Part shown: positions 51,301 to 64,000 of the stretch, one piece after another
How the letters are laid out: every line of letters begins with the position of its first letter
How positions within the stretch are numbered: position 1 is the first letter of the stretch
NCBI GenBank assembly: GCA_000934665.2
Contig: KZ537996.1
Coordinates: 1 to 64,000 of the forward strand
Origin: Catajapyx aquilonaris
Lineage: Eukaryota
Length of the DNA stretch: 64,000 nucleotides
Direction of reading: 5' to 3'
Made by a program: the position numbers and the translations under genes
Notes under the pieces: model-generated
The model's database searches: none
The model's input: the letters and a program-made list of their open reading frames with translations, nothing else
What the model was told of the DNA's origin: nothing

Positions 51301-53215
51301 CAGGAAAAAGGACGTAGTAAACCCCCTTTTGAAACGTGATGAGCGCATAATTTGTCATTTGTAACTATTATGCACAAGGCTATATACTGCAGAGCCAAAC
51401 TTTGTTTCTCTCGGAGTCAATTTGTGTACAGAGTACAGTAGGGTAGAAGAGCAAGCACATGTCACGATTCAATTAGGGCCCTTCTTACATTCACAGCTCG
51501 CGTTTAAATGGGCAAAGTTCGCTTTGGGGGTCCCTGCTCGAGTTGACAATATGGAGTGCAGGACATCTCCATGAATTGGCTTCGTGGTCCGGACGAACAA
51601 CATACATTATTGCACATGGAATGGCGTGCCTTGGAAACTTTCCATCTCGACGAGCACTTCCAACTGTTTTCCTTCGTCCGAATGTAGCAAATGACTCAAA
51701 GCCCGCAACTTTGCCTTACAACTGTTATGTGAAGGAAAGTGAATGCGAAAAATGGTCCAAAAGAAACTTTTTCCTGCATTTCATTCCCTCCCCTAAAAGG
51801 AGAGAGGGGCTAGAGGGTAGAGAGAAAAAAGTCCTTTTGTAGAACTAGGAATCTATTTCGCTCACTGATTTTCTATTAAAGTTCGGCTTAACCCCTTGAT
51901 ATACGCCGCTCTCTCACTGTAAAGAGGGGGTAGGGGGATGGAAGTGGTTGAGGGTTTTTCATCTAGGTTCTCCAACGCTCGCACAAAGATCGCCCAGAAT
52001 TCAATTTACATCAGCCAGGAGGAGCCACCGGCATTTACCACCATTGAGTTGGCGCCAAAATTTGATGGGCATTGTTGGCAAGAGGACCCCCCTTTGAAAT
52101 ACAGGGTGTTAAGAGTTGGGGAAAATGGCCCGGTGCGAAATGTATTAGGGCCTCTAATGAATGGTGTGTTGCCATCCAGGTGAAAAATAGAGATGGATTG
52201 GCCAATGTCGAACTTTTTCCGCGTCCCAGCCTCCATTTTTTTAAAGGACCAACCAAGCCTCTTCTTCAGCCTGGCCATACTAAAGGCGGAAGGCAAAGAA
52301 AGGCCTGTATGGCTACAAAAGGGCTGGCCTGCAGGTGAGCCACAAAAGCTCCTCCTCAACAATGGCTGCGAAATGAACCTACTTCCTTCCTTAATATTCA
52401 GCCGAGCTTTGCTGCTTTGAAAATGGAGCCTGTAGCTCGCGCCGCGCTATATTATGTGCTTCATGCCCGCAGGAAATAAATCACGCCACCCACATGAATA
52501 ATGAACGTTTCTGATTTAAGCTCTTCGCCACCACGGCCAAATTTGACTCGGGCGAAACCTGGGATGCCTCTTTGGTAATTGCAAGTTCGATGCACTCATA
52601 TATTTAATTAATTTTTAAACCCAACAATGACGTTAGTATTTGTAATGCACCCTATCACTCTTTATGCATTATTGCTCATTATTATTATTTTTAAACTAAA
52701 AAAGTCCAACGGTACACATTTTAGTCGCTAGAGGCACGGTACTGAAAACACACACCGCCCTCTAGCGACAAAAAATTAAATCCGCAATTAGCTCCATTAT
52801 TCCCAAACAAATTGTAATATGAATGGAAAAGAATTCAATACATGGTTGCGCCACTGCACTGGAAGGATCGGGTCCAATCTTAGCAGCGATTCACCATGGG
52901 GGAGGGGAATAAGCCGAGTTTTTAAGGACGAAATAGGAAGGGATCTGGTTGGACTCAACCGCCCCTCTTATTTTACCGGAGCCGAGCCCAGCAGCACGAC
53001 AGCAGGGAAAGAAAGAATGCAGAAATAAAATCTGGCGGAAATCTAAATTGGACACCAGTTTACAACGAGGTAATCCCTTAGATTTGCACAAGTCCCGAGA
53101 TATTTCAAATAAATGCAAAAATCGATTGAGGTTCGTTGCAGCCCCAATTCTACTTGCTATCTAGGAGAGATGGAGGTGACAAGCCAGACACGGCCTAATC
53201 GAAACAGGGACTAGG

Positions 53216-53242
53216 GGAGGAGGAGGAGGAGGAGGAGGAGGA
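53216..53242. repeat. (GGA)9 microsatellite
   Basis: Read directly from the sequence. Confidence 0.9.
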
Positions 53243-56200
53243 GGGAGAGGGAGAATAGTTCTATCCTCCCCGCCCCAACTACCATCTCCCCCTGTATTGG
53301 AAAGAAACCCCCCTCGGGCCACTGATCACTGGAGATAAAAAGGGGGTAATGTCCCCCTCAATGTGATTTGGCCCTGCCATCAGGGACCTTTTTCCATCTT
53401 TTTATTTGAAAGGAACCCCCGAGGAGGGTAGCGCCTCTGATTTGTTACTAATTTTAAAAACATCCCAAGCAAAACCCTTGGCATCATGTTGGGAAAGGTT
53501 GGCTGAACCTCTCCAAACATGAGGTACATCTCAGCCTGATGTGACAACCGAGTGTCTGAAGAGGCTTTTGCAGGGAAGGGAAGGGGGGGGGGTGCTAGAG
53601 AGTGGGGGGAAAACTCTCTAGCAGACTAGAAAAGCCAATCTGCAGCAGCAGCTTGCAGCCACTTTGTAGATATAGTGGGCTGTGTACGTGTCACTTGCAG
53701 AGACACCGCTGTTCTCCGCATGATTCACGGCCCCCTGAAGTATTTAGTGCCATATTAATTACGTTAATTAGTACATTCGTGCATAGACAGCAAATGGAGG
53801 ATAAGATTGTAATTAGTGGAAATCATTGGGAAGTTTGCTTAGCGGGCAGAGAGGGTATTAAAGTGAGCACTGCTTGTGTAACGGGGGAGGCTACGTGGCT
53901 GGGGTTGAAGATCATTTTGCACCTGATCAGCACTGGATCAGCTGAATACAAAGGTGGCCCAATAGCAGACTAGAACTCCTGGCTGCAGCCAATCAGTGCA
54001 GCCGGCCATGTGTGCGGGATTTTGTGCAGACCACGTACCCTAATTGATCAAGTAGGCCTAGCCGTGCATGCTGGGGGTCCACGCTCGCGGTGTTTTACGG
54101 CCTCTGTACCCGAATCGGAAACGGGGAAACAGTTGGTTTCGCTTGGCCATCGTCCACAGTTCATCAATAGAAATTATGTATCTTGACGGCAGTCAGGACC
54201 GATTCCAGACCAGCGGAAAAATTGCCTCGCTTTTTCTTCATCCGGAACTTGCACCCACTGTTTTTTTTCTGGTTTTGTCTCTTTTTTCCCACGTTTGCGC
54301 GTTAGGCAGTGTAATTTCCATTCCATAGCTGCAAAATGTTACGTTTTTGTGTTGGCGGCTATACGCCTATTAGTAGCTGCCGCAATGTAATTTTGTCGGA
54401 TCCTGCAGAATGAGTTTTTGCTTACCCTCGCTGCAAGCAACCTGGAAAACCTCTTCCAGTAATTTTGATTGGATACTTTTCCATTACCGAAAAATTCTCA
54501 TTACCGGCTCCCTTACAAACACAAGAGCCCGAGACGTGATATGGAGCCAATTATACACATACCTCACTAGGATTAATTTCACCCAAAGCTTTTTTCGCAC
54601 CCTCTGGACCGGACCCCCGAGCTCAAAAAAATACTTGAACGCTAAGAGGAATATTATCGTCACAATTCAAGAGGAAATGCACATTTCAACCCCAGCAGGG
54701 AAAATATCGTGTCCCCCTAGAGTATATAGCAGAGCTCAGAGAAATGGATTAGGCAGGCAAATGTAAGCACGCAGAGCATATCCTCAGCACATTTTCACGG
54801 ACATAATTAGCAACTAAAAGTAGGGGGGGAACCCAGTTGCGCTAAATCACCTCCTAGGTTGTTTTTTTTGCGCATCCTCTCTACCGACTACAATCCCCTT
54901 TTTGCCCCCCAGTGTATAGAGCCTGCCCACATAGTTGAATCCAAGCCTATACCTTCTCAACCAAAATAACCGCCTTGTTCTCCTGGAATTTCATGCTCCT
55001 TGCCAAAATGAACTTTGCTCTAGCTGGCAAATGGTTTCTTTAGTGCTGCCTGTACTATTTAACACCCCCCCCCCCCTACTGAAAGAGTCGGGTTTTTTAG
55101 GAGAGGTCATGTTGAGGGCCTGCTCCGGCCGGTGTTTATAAGAAGACAGGGGCAATTTGAGGGGGGGAACCTTCCTATAGGCTCCATAGGCGCAGGCTCT
55201 GTTTGCATGGGGGCGGGCAACAGCATCAGCGCCGCCGATAGAAAAAGAGAGGAACTGTGCCATCATATATGCGATGGAGAAAGCGCTGATGCCAGCTCGG
55301 AACATTTTTTTAAAACCTCACCCCCCCCCCCCTCCCCCCTGCGCCTTCCCCCTACTCCTATAGGGAGGAAGGGTGCAGGGTGTGTGGGGGTGCGACAGGC
55401 AATTCTTCAGACTGCCATATCCAAACGGAGAGCCTGCACTTTGAGGATTATGGGAGATTTCTTTTGGTCCGGCACCTCTCTTCTTTCCCTTGAACTTTGG
55501 CCCATAAATCTAGGGCCCAGACTTAGAGGGAGATGGCGAGCCAAGTCGCCTTTCCACCAACTGCGGCCAGCGTACAAGCTGTGCGACTGCAGCGGGGCAT
55601 GATGTAAAGTCGACCTCGTAATTTATGTGTCGTTGGGATGGAAGCTAATTGTGCTGGAAACAATGGAACGCGGCGCAGTCAGACCCCTACTGCATGCACC
55701 TCAGGCCCTCGACTACACCCTACCTTGCTTTTTATCCGTCACTCTACGGTCTCATCTTACAAGCCCCCTGCCGCCCCCCGCCCCAACCCACCGATCAATT
55801 TTGGAATGACGTCGACAATGCGCCAACTGTCGCTAGTCCGTCACAATCCCCAGGCCATACATTTACCTGCGTAATTATTGTATGCACGACAATGATGGAT
55901 GGGATGGCTGTCAATACAAGAATTAATGCAACCATATGAATGATAAACAGAGGCATCAAACTGGAAGGATATTATGCTCGGTTGATTTCCGTGTATACAT
56001 AGTGACAAGTGGTCGTACTTGTCGATTTATGCTGTTTTAACGCCGTTTGTTACACAGCCCATATTGATTCGTCTGATTCTTGTCCATCTTTTTGGTTCCG
56101 AGAGGACTGCTGGTTGTGTGTGGGGGTATGGGGGGTTATTTATGATGGTTTATCAAGTGGAGCGTTGCGTTTGGTGTTGGCAGCAAGTATGGTGGAAAAA

Positions 56201-56473
56201 GGAAGCTACCAAGTGTGCACATGCGCACTGGGAGTCCGTTCCACTTGGAGGAACGCGCCGGATAGAGATCCCTCGACTCTGCATGTCGCCTGGACCAGAA
56301 TATAGTCGCATAACTAGTGTCGCACTATTTCTCTGTCTCTTTTTTTCCTCTCCGGTCATATTATAGGCCTTCTAACATTTCTTGGCACTTTAGACGCTTC
56401 CTGCCTTGCTGATAAAAAATGTCTGCCCGACCAATGAACTGTATGCCATCTACCGTGTAGCTGAGGAAAAGAG

Positions 56474-56604
56474 CCGTTCCTTAAGAAAAAATAGCGTTTA
56501 AATTTAAACGCTATTTTTCCTTGAGAAACGGTTAAATTTAAACGCTATTTTCCTTAAGAAACGGTTAAATTTGAACGCTATTTTTCGTTTAAATTTAAAC
56601 GCTA
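56474..56604. repeat. 58-bp imperfect palindrome (32-bp perfect core) followed by tandem copies of its right arm (unit about 33 bp)
   Basis: AAAAATAGCGTTTAAA|TTTAAACGCTATTTTT (56487-56518) is perfectly self-complementary. TTAAATTTRAACGCTA recurs four times up to 56604. Confidence 0.9.
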
Positions 56605-59600
56605 CGGTAGTTTTGTGGATTTTTTTAAATGCACCGTCTTTGGTTCGTACTGTATGACTTCTAAAAATGCAAGAAGCGGTCATCTTCCATGCAAGCTGTT
56701 TAAAAAAAGGGGAGTAGCCATCCTCCATTTTAGAATCCTTCTATTGTTATGTAAAATGCCAACAAGCATGAGGCCTACAACCACGCCTCTTCACTTTCTC
56801 ACACACCCCTGCTTTAGCCCCTTTTCCTCCCCAGGGAGACCAGTCAAAAATACATACAAGCCATGTGAAAAAGTACATTAGAGATGGAGGACAACTGAAT
56901 GGGACGAACGGTTGCCTGCGCGTCAGAGAGAGTGCATTTGCATATCCGCCCAAACAGATTTCGGAACCAGATCAGGCGTGAGATGGTTCCTTTCAGATGC
57001 CTGACTCTTTCCAACCCGTTCCCCACGTCTATTCTTTGCGAGCACGTGGAGGGCTGATTCCGTGCGAAATCGGAACAGTCATGGCCGCCATGTTGGTGTG
57101 AATCGCTAAATAGGATTAGGCTATGAAAGTTGCCTACCTTTTGCTTATTTCGATGACATCCGACCGACACTCAAGTGCAGGTGTGTCATTGTTGCAAAGC
57201 TGACACAGCATGGTAAAAAATAACAGAACAATCCCCGCAGCTCTTTCTATATACCAACACTATTTTAGTATTTCAGTCATATAAACTGCAGATGCTAATA
57301 TGATTCAGTTGAATAATCAAGTTATTTGACATAACTGCTACAATATATCAAAATGGTGTCACGGGTCACCACCCTGTACCCCGAGGCCATAAATTTCCAA
57401 AAGGGTTACGTCAGTTGTGTTATAAACTATTGGCACAATGTCACACATATGACGGTATGTTACGAAGGTGTTACTTCTTACTTGGTGACAAAATGTTGTT
57501 GATGCTACTTCGACAGAATGAGCGATATCTCCGGTCCTATTAAAAGGCTCGTTGACGTCATGTAAGTGAATAACCTTCCTCCTTAACCCCCAATAACAGG
57601 TTTCGCGTAAATATTGAAATTGGCTTCTTCGTATAAACCTCGGAATAAAAGCGTCAAGGCTCTTTAATTATGGACAGCATGTCTGTAAATTAATCTTAAA
57701 ATCCGTCTTACTTTAATTAAGCGTGATTCCCAGAAAGGGGCCGTTTCCAGAATTTCATTGTCAGTTTAGCAATAATTTTTTGGTGGGCTCGTGATTTATA
57801 ACACAAATCATGATTGGTCGTATTTCATTCAAAAAATAGCAGTGAAAGTTTTATAGAAACTTGCATGTGTGGGATGCTTTTCCAGAAGACCAGCCTTTTT
57901 ATGCCGCTTATTATTTGTCGGCAACTTTTGTATTTGCAATTGTCGAATTATTTAGCAATTGTTTGGATATATGTTAGATTTTTTTATTATCAATATGTCC
58001 ACTTTTAAAAACCATTATTAATAAAACCGATCCGATCTTCATAATGTAAACATGCAGTACCATTTTTATTGCTGGGTACAGTAACTTACGTGCATTTCCG
58101 CTCTTAGTATATGCAATATCCGTACATTCTCATACTGTTCATTTAATTACAGCTCAGAATTCTGTCCACAATTGCAAAAAAAAATAATTAGTTCAATTTG
58201 CCGTTCACTCAAAGAGACGTACTACTAAATCCTGTAATATATGATCAGATTCCTGTTCATAGCCACCTTCCACACACCTGCGCCACACTGTTCGCAGCCC
58301 TTTATGAATACATGAAGATAAATTGCAACCCTGCATTTTCCTAGTGTCACTAATCCAACATCTTCAAACCCTGTTACAAAATCGGACGCCATTCACAATT
58401 ATTGCAATTGCAGAAAACGGAAAAAGGTCCACAGCAATACCCGTTTGAAACGAATTCTTCTTCTCCCGACCAAAGACAATGATGACTTCATTGAGTCTCT
58501 CAGACGGTATTTCGCCTCAACTTGAATAAACCGATAGTACATAGTGCAAATGACCCCGTTGGCGTGAAACGGCATTCTTAGTAGGACAAGCTGGCCCAGC
58601 CATTGGCTCCCAGCCAGCTGCTTTTCCTCTGTCATTTGGTGGGACGTGTTACTTAGATTTTTTTTTCTACCCTCCCACCTTCCCCTCCACACCCCACCCA
58701 CTTTAAATTCTCCGCGCGCCAACACTGTAGGATAGTTGAAACGAAGACTGGTTAGCTTTGGCGGGAAAAAATACAGTCTAGACATTGTTGCAAGATCATT
58801 CAGATCAACAATGAATCCCGCACGTGTAAAACGATACGACTCTAGCTACTGTAACGGGTCAGTAACAGCGTATTTGGAAGCCGCCAACACGCGTCCGGTG
58901 CCATCTTAAATCTTCCTAATAACTTCAGCCCTGCCATACTAGCCGCTTAATCCCGTAGCCCCCTATCGCTTTGACTCGGCCAGAATCGTCCTAATATGTA
59001 ACAATTACGCAAACCCTCCCCTTTGGCCGGATAGACAAACGGCGACTTGGTGTGACACAAACGCTCGACTGCCTCGTTAACCAAACGTCACCCTGTATGT
59101 GGTGGTGGAGGAGGGGTGTGTCCCCCACCAAAAAGCCGCTCGTAAAGCACCCAAAGTCGAGCGGAAAACGCAAAACAGCACTAATGGATGTCTTGCGTTT
59201 GTTTGTCTCACTTCTCAGAGGGGGCTATATCACACACTGGGATTATAGGACATGTTACACCTGAGTCGCCTTCAAAGCTTCAGATTAGGACCCACTATGC
59301 ATCACTATATAGTTAGAAGGGGGAAAGTTTCCAGCTTCTGTTTGCCTTGTTATGTAAATAAGTGTACCGGGAGGTTCGTCCCCCCCAATGGGGATAAGTA
59401 TCGGGGGAGTAATGAAGTGCAATTACTAAATGCGATGGCATTTGTTTGATTGGTCCACACGGTAAGCTCTCTAGGGATAGATTCGACTTGAACAAGTGCG
59501 GCAGTGACACTGGTAGCCACTTTCCGACGATTCAATGTGCAAATCGAGCCAACAAAGTGTTTCAAGAGCTTTAAGGGGAAAAAAAGCAACATAGGACAAA

Positions 59601-59617
59601 CATTTGGTCCATAATTA

Positions 59618-59917
59618 TATGGACCAAACATGGCGCATCCCATGTTGCTTTTATTCCCCCCCCCCCCTACTGTACGAATTTGTACGATTTCTATTGTATA
59701 GACCAAACATGGCGCTTCCCATATATTTTTTTACGAATATTTGTACGTTTTCTATTGTATGGACCAAACATGGCGCTTCCCATATATTTTTACGAATATT
59801 TGTACGAATATTTGTACGATTTCTATTGTATGGACCAAACATGGCGCTTCCCATATATATTTTTTGTCTATTGTATACGAATTTGTACGATTTCTATTAT
59901 AAGGGCCAAGCATGGCC
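59618..59917. repeat. Minisatellite, unit about 61-79 bp, 4 copies plus a degenerate partial fifth
   Basis: Core GGACCAAACATGGCGCTTCCCATAT...ACGAATATTTGTACGATTTCTATTGTAT, with units starting at about 59621, 59700, 59761, 59832 and a partial at 59904. Confidence 0.92.
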
Positions 59918-62067
59918 CTGCCCAAAAGTGAAAGTTATTTTACAACTGACCACAGGTAAGGGGCAATATGACGAACCCTAGGGTTGTAATATTTTCTACC
60001 CAAAGTCCAGTTATTTCAAGGTGAAGGGCCTTCCAAAAAATGCCTCAAAAAAGGGAAAAAAACGGGGCATTCTCCCCTTCTTGCCCCTTACGGGACATTC
60101 TTTGTGGGCACCAAAAAAGGGTGCCCTTCGGAAAGGGGGATATAAAAATTTCCCGTTGGCCACCCGAATTGCTCTCTGGTCAGCAGGATTGGCTCAAGAG
60201 GGGTCAACAATGCCTCAATTATCTTGTAAAAAAAGGAAGGCGCCCTCTTGCGCCTCTAAAGTGGTGGAAAAACTTGCGATCAGTTCCAGTTCTGGTTTCA
60301 TCAAGTGTTGGTGTCTCAAAATCAGTGTGCTTTTTTGGATTTTTTTGACCACCGTGTCCATCATCATTCCATGGTAAGCCCACCTTTTCTTTCCGGCCAT
60401 CATTGGGCTAGTAAGGGTTGCCCCCTATTGGCGATTAGTTCCCCCTTTCCTGATTGCTCCGAACTTCTGGCTGACGTCACGGTATTTCAAGCGCCCAAAA
60501 TGGTTACTTCAATGCCTACGATGTGTGTTTGTAATATGGGCCAAGTGATTTTTTTTTGGTATGTCCTGTTTTGTGTGATGTACTGTAACAAATATGTAGT
60601 GCTGAGTGTTTTATCCGTTTAATATTTAGCGGTGTGATTTAATATACAGGAAGAGCCAACGAAATTATGCATTTCAATTAGCGTTTTTTTTGCATAGTAC
60701 TTTTAGTGGTTTTCAAGCGTGTTAGCGACTAACATAATGCCGAATTTAGTCATCTATTCGCTCTGAATTGAAATGAATTTCCGACTGTGAATGGCCCATT
60801 GGAACGTCAATGATAGAACCCATTTTTGCAGGCCAGATCCCTTATAGCCCGCTTTAAAAAGGATGGTCCAAACAGCCTTATTTTTGCTACTAATGCTTTT
60901 GATAATAACCACTGAAAGTTACTGCTTAAAAATAAGCAAGTTATTACTAGAAAACTGTTAATTGAAACGTGCAATTGTATATTTTTTCCCACATTCAGAG
61001 TTAGGCCTTAACGGGGGCAATTGGATATGACAATAATGGAATCGAATTATGCAGTGAATTTATTTCAGGTCAAAAGCCATCTGTCTTACGCAATTAGTTA
61101 GCTCCTTGAATTGTGCAACTCATTTACATTACTAGTAGTGCTTGTGTGTATTCCAATATGGAATACCTGGAGTATATAGTCTTGTGTATGTGGATTACGG
61201 TAGTCTATATATCTCGTATAATAATATGATGAAGTGACTTCACTTTTAGAAGCAATCGGTCTTTATATTTACCATTTACTGTGTTGGTGTGTTAATATAT
61301 TCATGGTGTACCACATGCTACATACACTTTCTTTTCTATTATTTCAAAATGATGATGCGTGTATTTTTTGTGTAAACCCCATTAATTTACAGCCATTGCG
61401 TTCCAGAACGTCTCATTTTTTGCAGCTCTTAATATGTTGTAATTATTCTTCGCACACATTTACTACGTCCTCTCCACTTTCATATTCCAGTTTTTTTTTG
61501 CACATCCTTCGAAAGCAGAAGCCCACCCCCACCCTCCACCCGTCTAAAGAGCTCCAAAAAAAATAATCTGATTTCCCTCCGCAATAGTTATTTTCCCAGA
61601 GGCGATTTTGTGCATGTCTAGGGATTAAGGAAATGTGGCAGTGCTCCTGTGTCCACTGGTGCATGTCCACTCCCACGATTCTTCTCTTAATGGTAGGGTC
61701 TCTCTAATACCTCGATGGCTTGACTATTCCAAGTGACCAGTGGTGCGGGGTCAAATCACCCCCGTCATATCAGCTCCAATTTCATGCCGGATTAGTCACA
61801 CGGCCGATTTTCTTCGCCGAAGGGGATTTTCCTCCAAATGCGAAAAAGAGCCTCCAACAATGCCCCCCGATTGAACCTGTCCCCTTTATGGTGCACACCT
61901 ACCCAATTGCCAATGGATGCTTCCACGCACGATCACGTGCAAATGAGATCGATCGCATAATGATAAACGTTACCCCGGGAGTCTCATAAATCCGCACCTG
62001 CAGCACCATTTCACTGACTCTGGCTTACAATTGCTGCAGACAACAATCAGTTTTGGCCACCCCCCAG

Positions 62068-62233
62068 AAATATACTGGGTGTAAAAAGACCGCAGCAAAT
62101 TGGTCCCCACTACACAATATTTCGCCAACCTGCTAATAGCCAGTGCCAATTAGGCCAAAAATTTTCCACCATATTTATATGTTAAAAATATGTGGCCTAA
62201 TTGGCAATGGTGGCGAAATACCCAGTAATATTT
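62068..62233. repeat. Degenerate inverted repeat (fold-back or MITE relic)
   Basis: TGCCAATTAGGCCA (62144-62157) and TGGCCTAATTGGCA (62193-62206) form a perfect 14-bp IR. Outer nested matches are TATTTCGCCA (62118) with TGGCGAAATA (62211) and AAATATACTGGGT (62068) with ACCCAGTAATATTT (62220). Confidence 0.7.
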
Positions 62234-63246
62234 TTTTAAACCTTCAGCAAAAGTTCCCTAACCTATCCAAGGTCAACTTTGTCCTGCGTGTCACCCCCGG
62301 CCAGTATTATTTTGGACGATGACTGTGGGGGCGCGCGTACATTACCCTCTGCAACTAGTAATCTGTCACCTTGTGGGGGATATGTCAGGTAACGCCGACC
62401 GCATGAGGAATTGCTGTTATTTATCACGTGCAGCGATCCAAAAGCTGATTTTCTTCACATAGTTGCAATGTTGATTTATGTACCAATACAGCCGAGGTGT
62501 TTAATCTGGAACTAGTCCCACTAGACTGGGAGATTTACGACCAACAGGCTTCATGCCATGAAAAATTCAGTTCATTTGCCACCGCTCCCTCGTTTATTTT
62601 TCTTCCCACCTACCCCCCCACCACTATATATTTTTTTCCCACCTACTGGTTCGTTTTGTTCAAAACCACATTCAGGTTTATTCAGACTTTGCGTCGATAT
62701 GCTGCTCTCCAAAAAGCGGATTTACGGTCGAATCCAGATATAGGGTTATTAATGGACGACAGCCGAAACATTTCCCTTAGCACCTTCCCTCAATCTTAAT
62801 TAAGATTAGACTATCTGAAATCTGCCATAAGAAACACCCTGTTTTTTTTTGTATATGTGTGTGTGTGCCAGAACTAAATAAGAAAACGTTAGGCATAGCA
62901 GCATGCAAACGTGTCTCGCTATCAGACTTTTGAGCTTCCAATTCTATGCAGCCGGTGGAAGCTAATCTGGTTTGACAAAATCTAAACCGTCCCGAAAATG
63001 ACCTGCTAGCCTTTTGTGAACTGCCATTACTACCTGGCTCTTCAAGCTCCCTTCTATCAAGGTCACACACAAATTACCCCTCCCGGCCAAGAGCCCACCA
63101 AGCCTAAATGTCTTACTCAAGAAGCGCAGGAAAGCTAATAGCAGGTTTTGGTGAAACACCCCATCCATTCCCTCCGGCTTTTATGGGAGAAATTATATTC
63201 CATCCTATACATTTTTCTTATACATTTTTTTACAAAATGTAGTCAT

Positions 63247-63290
63247 TTATTATTATTATTATTATTGTTATTATTATTATTATTATTATT
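63247..63290. repeat. (TTA)n microsatellite, about 14 units with one TTG interruption
   Basis: Read directly. It explains the poly-L and poly-N ORFs in the track. Confidence 0.92.
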
Positions 63291-64000
63291 TGCTGAATCG
63301 GTGTGTAAATCAGGGTTTGGGGATAACTTATCATTTCCAGCAAGAGGCAAACTTTGGTCTAATTTAGGATTGGCGAAGAAACTCTGAAGTGAGCGTCCTC
63401 CTGGGAGAAATGGGAAATCTTGACGGTATCGATTGAGAGCGAGATATAAGAAGGGGGTGGTGGTGGTTTGGCCAGGAATGGCTGAGGCTGGGTGGGATGG
63501 AAATAGTGACATGGACTTGGAAAAGACAGTGCAAGGCTGCTGGAATGGTTGAAGGGAGAGGGGCGATCACTCGCCAAGGATCAATCACTTCCGGGTTAAA
63601 AAAAAATAGGGAGAAAAAACCGAGGGAGAAAAATCCACCATTTGGCTACAGGCGGTTCGGGGGCACCGTCGGGAGAAAAGACCAACTTTTGCGGGCTTTA
63701 TCTTTTATCCCCTTCCCCCCCCTCCTCCTCCTCTCCACTGCACCCTCACCATGCACAACTTTTCTCCTATTTCACTCCAGGGCTCCAGTCTTCTTTTCAG
63801 TTGCTTCCTTATCCTTCAAAAGATGTGAGCTTTGCTGTTATTCCCCCCACCCCACAGTCTCTAGAGGCTCTGACTTCAACTTTTGACCCTATATTTTTAT
63901 AATAGGTTTGAAATAATTGCAGGCAAAGGCGTGGGTAGAAAAATGGCCAGTGTCCTGAACATATCCTACTCCAGCTTGTATAAACCCTCGCCTTGTCACT

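Noticed and set aside
50948..59098. Solo TACAGGGTG/CACCCTGTA motifs (about 50949, 52101, 57370, 59089) resembling mariner-type MITE ends
   Set aside because: I found no matching partner TIR nearby, and a 9-mer alone is insufficient.
59618..59917. CRISPR-like periodicity
   Set aside because: The spacers are mutually homologous, the context is eukaryotic, and there are no cas genes.

Overview
Almost entirely non-coding animal DNA, probably invertebrate (CpG is visibly retained and the TE types fit), with no recognisable host protein-coding exon. The ORF track is essentially noise. Well-supported features: (1) a 5'-truncated RTE-clade LINE reverse-transcriptase fragment on the minus strand at the left edge, missed by the ORF track; (2) two different tRNA-derived SINEs (14795-15050 and 48027-48360), each with a clean TSD and sharing a 3' tail with a conserved stem-loop; (3) a MITE at 24921-25138; (4) a nested TE complex at about 47480-48560, where a fold-back MITE is split by a DINE-1/Helentron-like element and an adjacent SINE; (5) several palindromes, minisatellites and microsatellites. 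The remaining sequence alternates between AT-rich spacers and CpG-rich blocks carrying clustered Pho/YY1 motifs, posterior-Hox/Cdx and Pbx-Hox motifs and CTCF-like motifs. This suggests, as inference only, the cis-regulatory gene desert or large intron of a Polycomb-regulated developmental locus such as a Hox-like complex. I found no homeobox and no convincing canonical miRNA by eye. All motif counts are hand counts.
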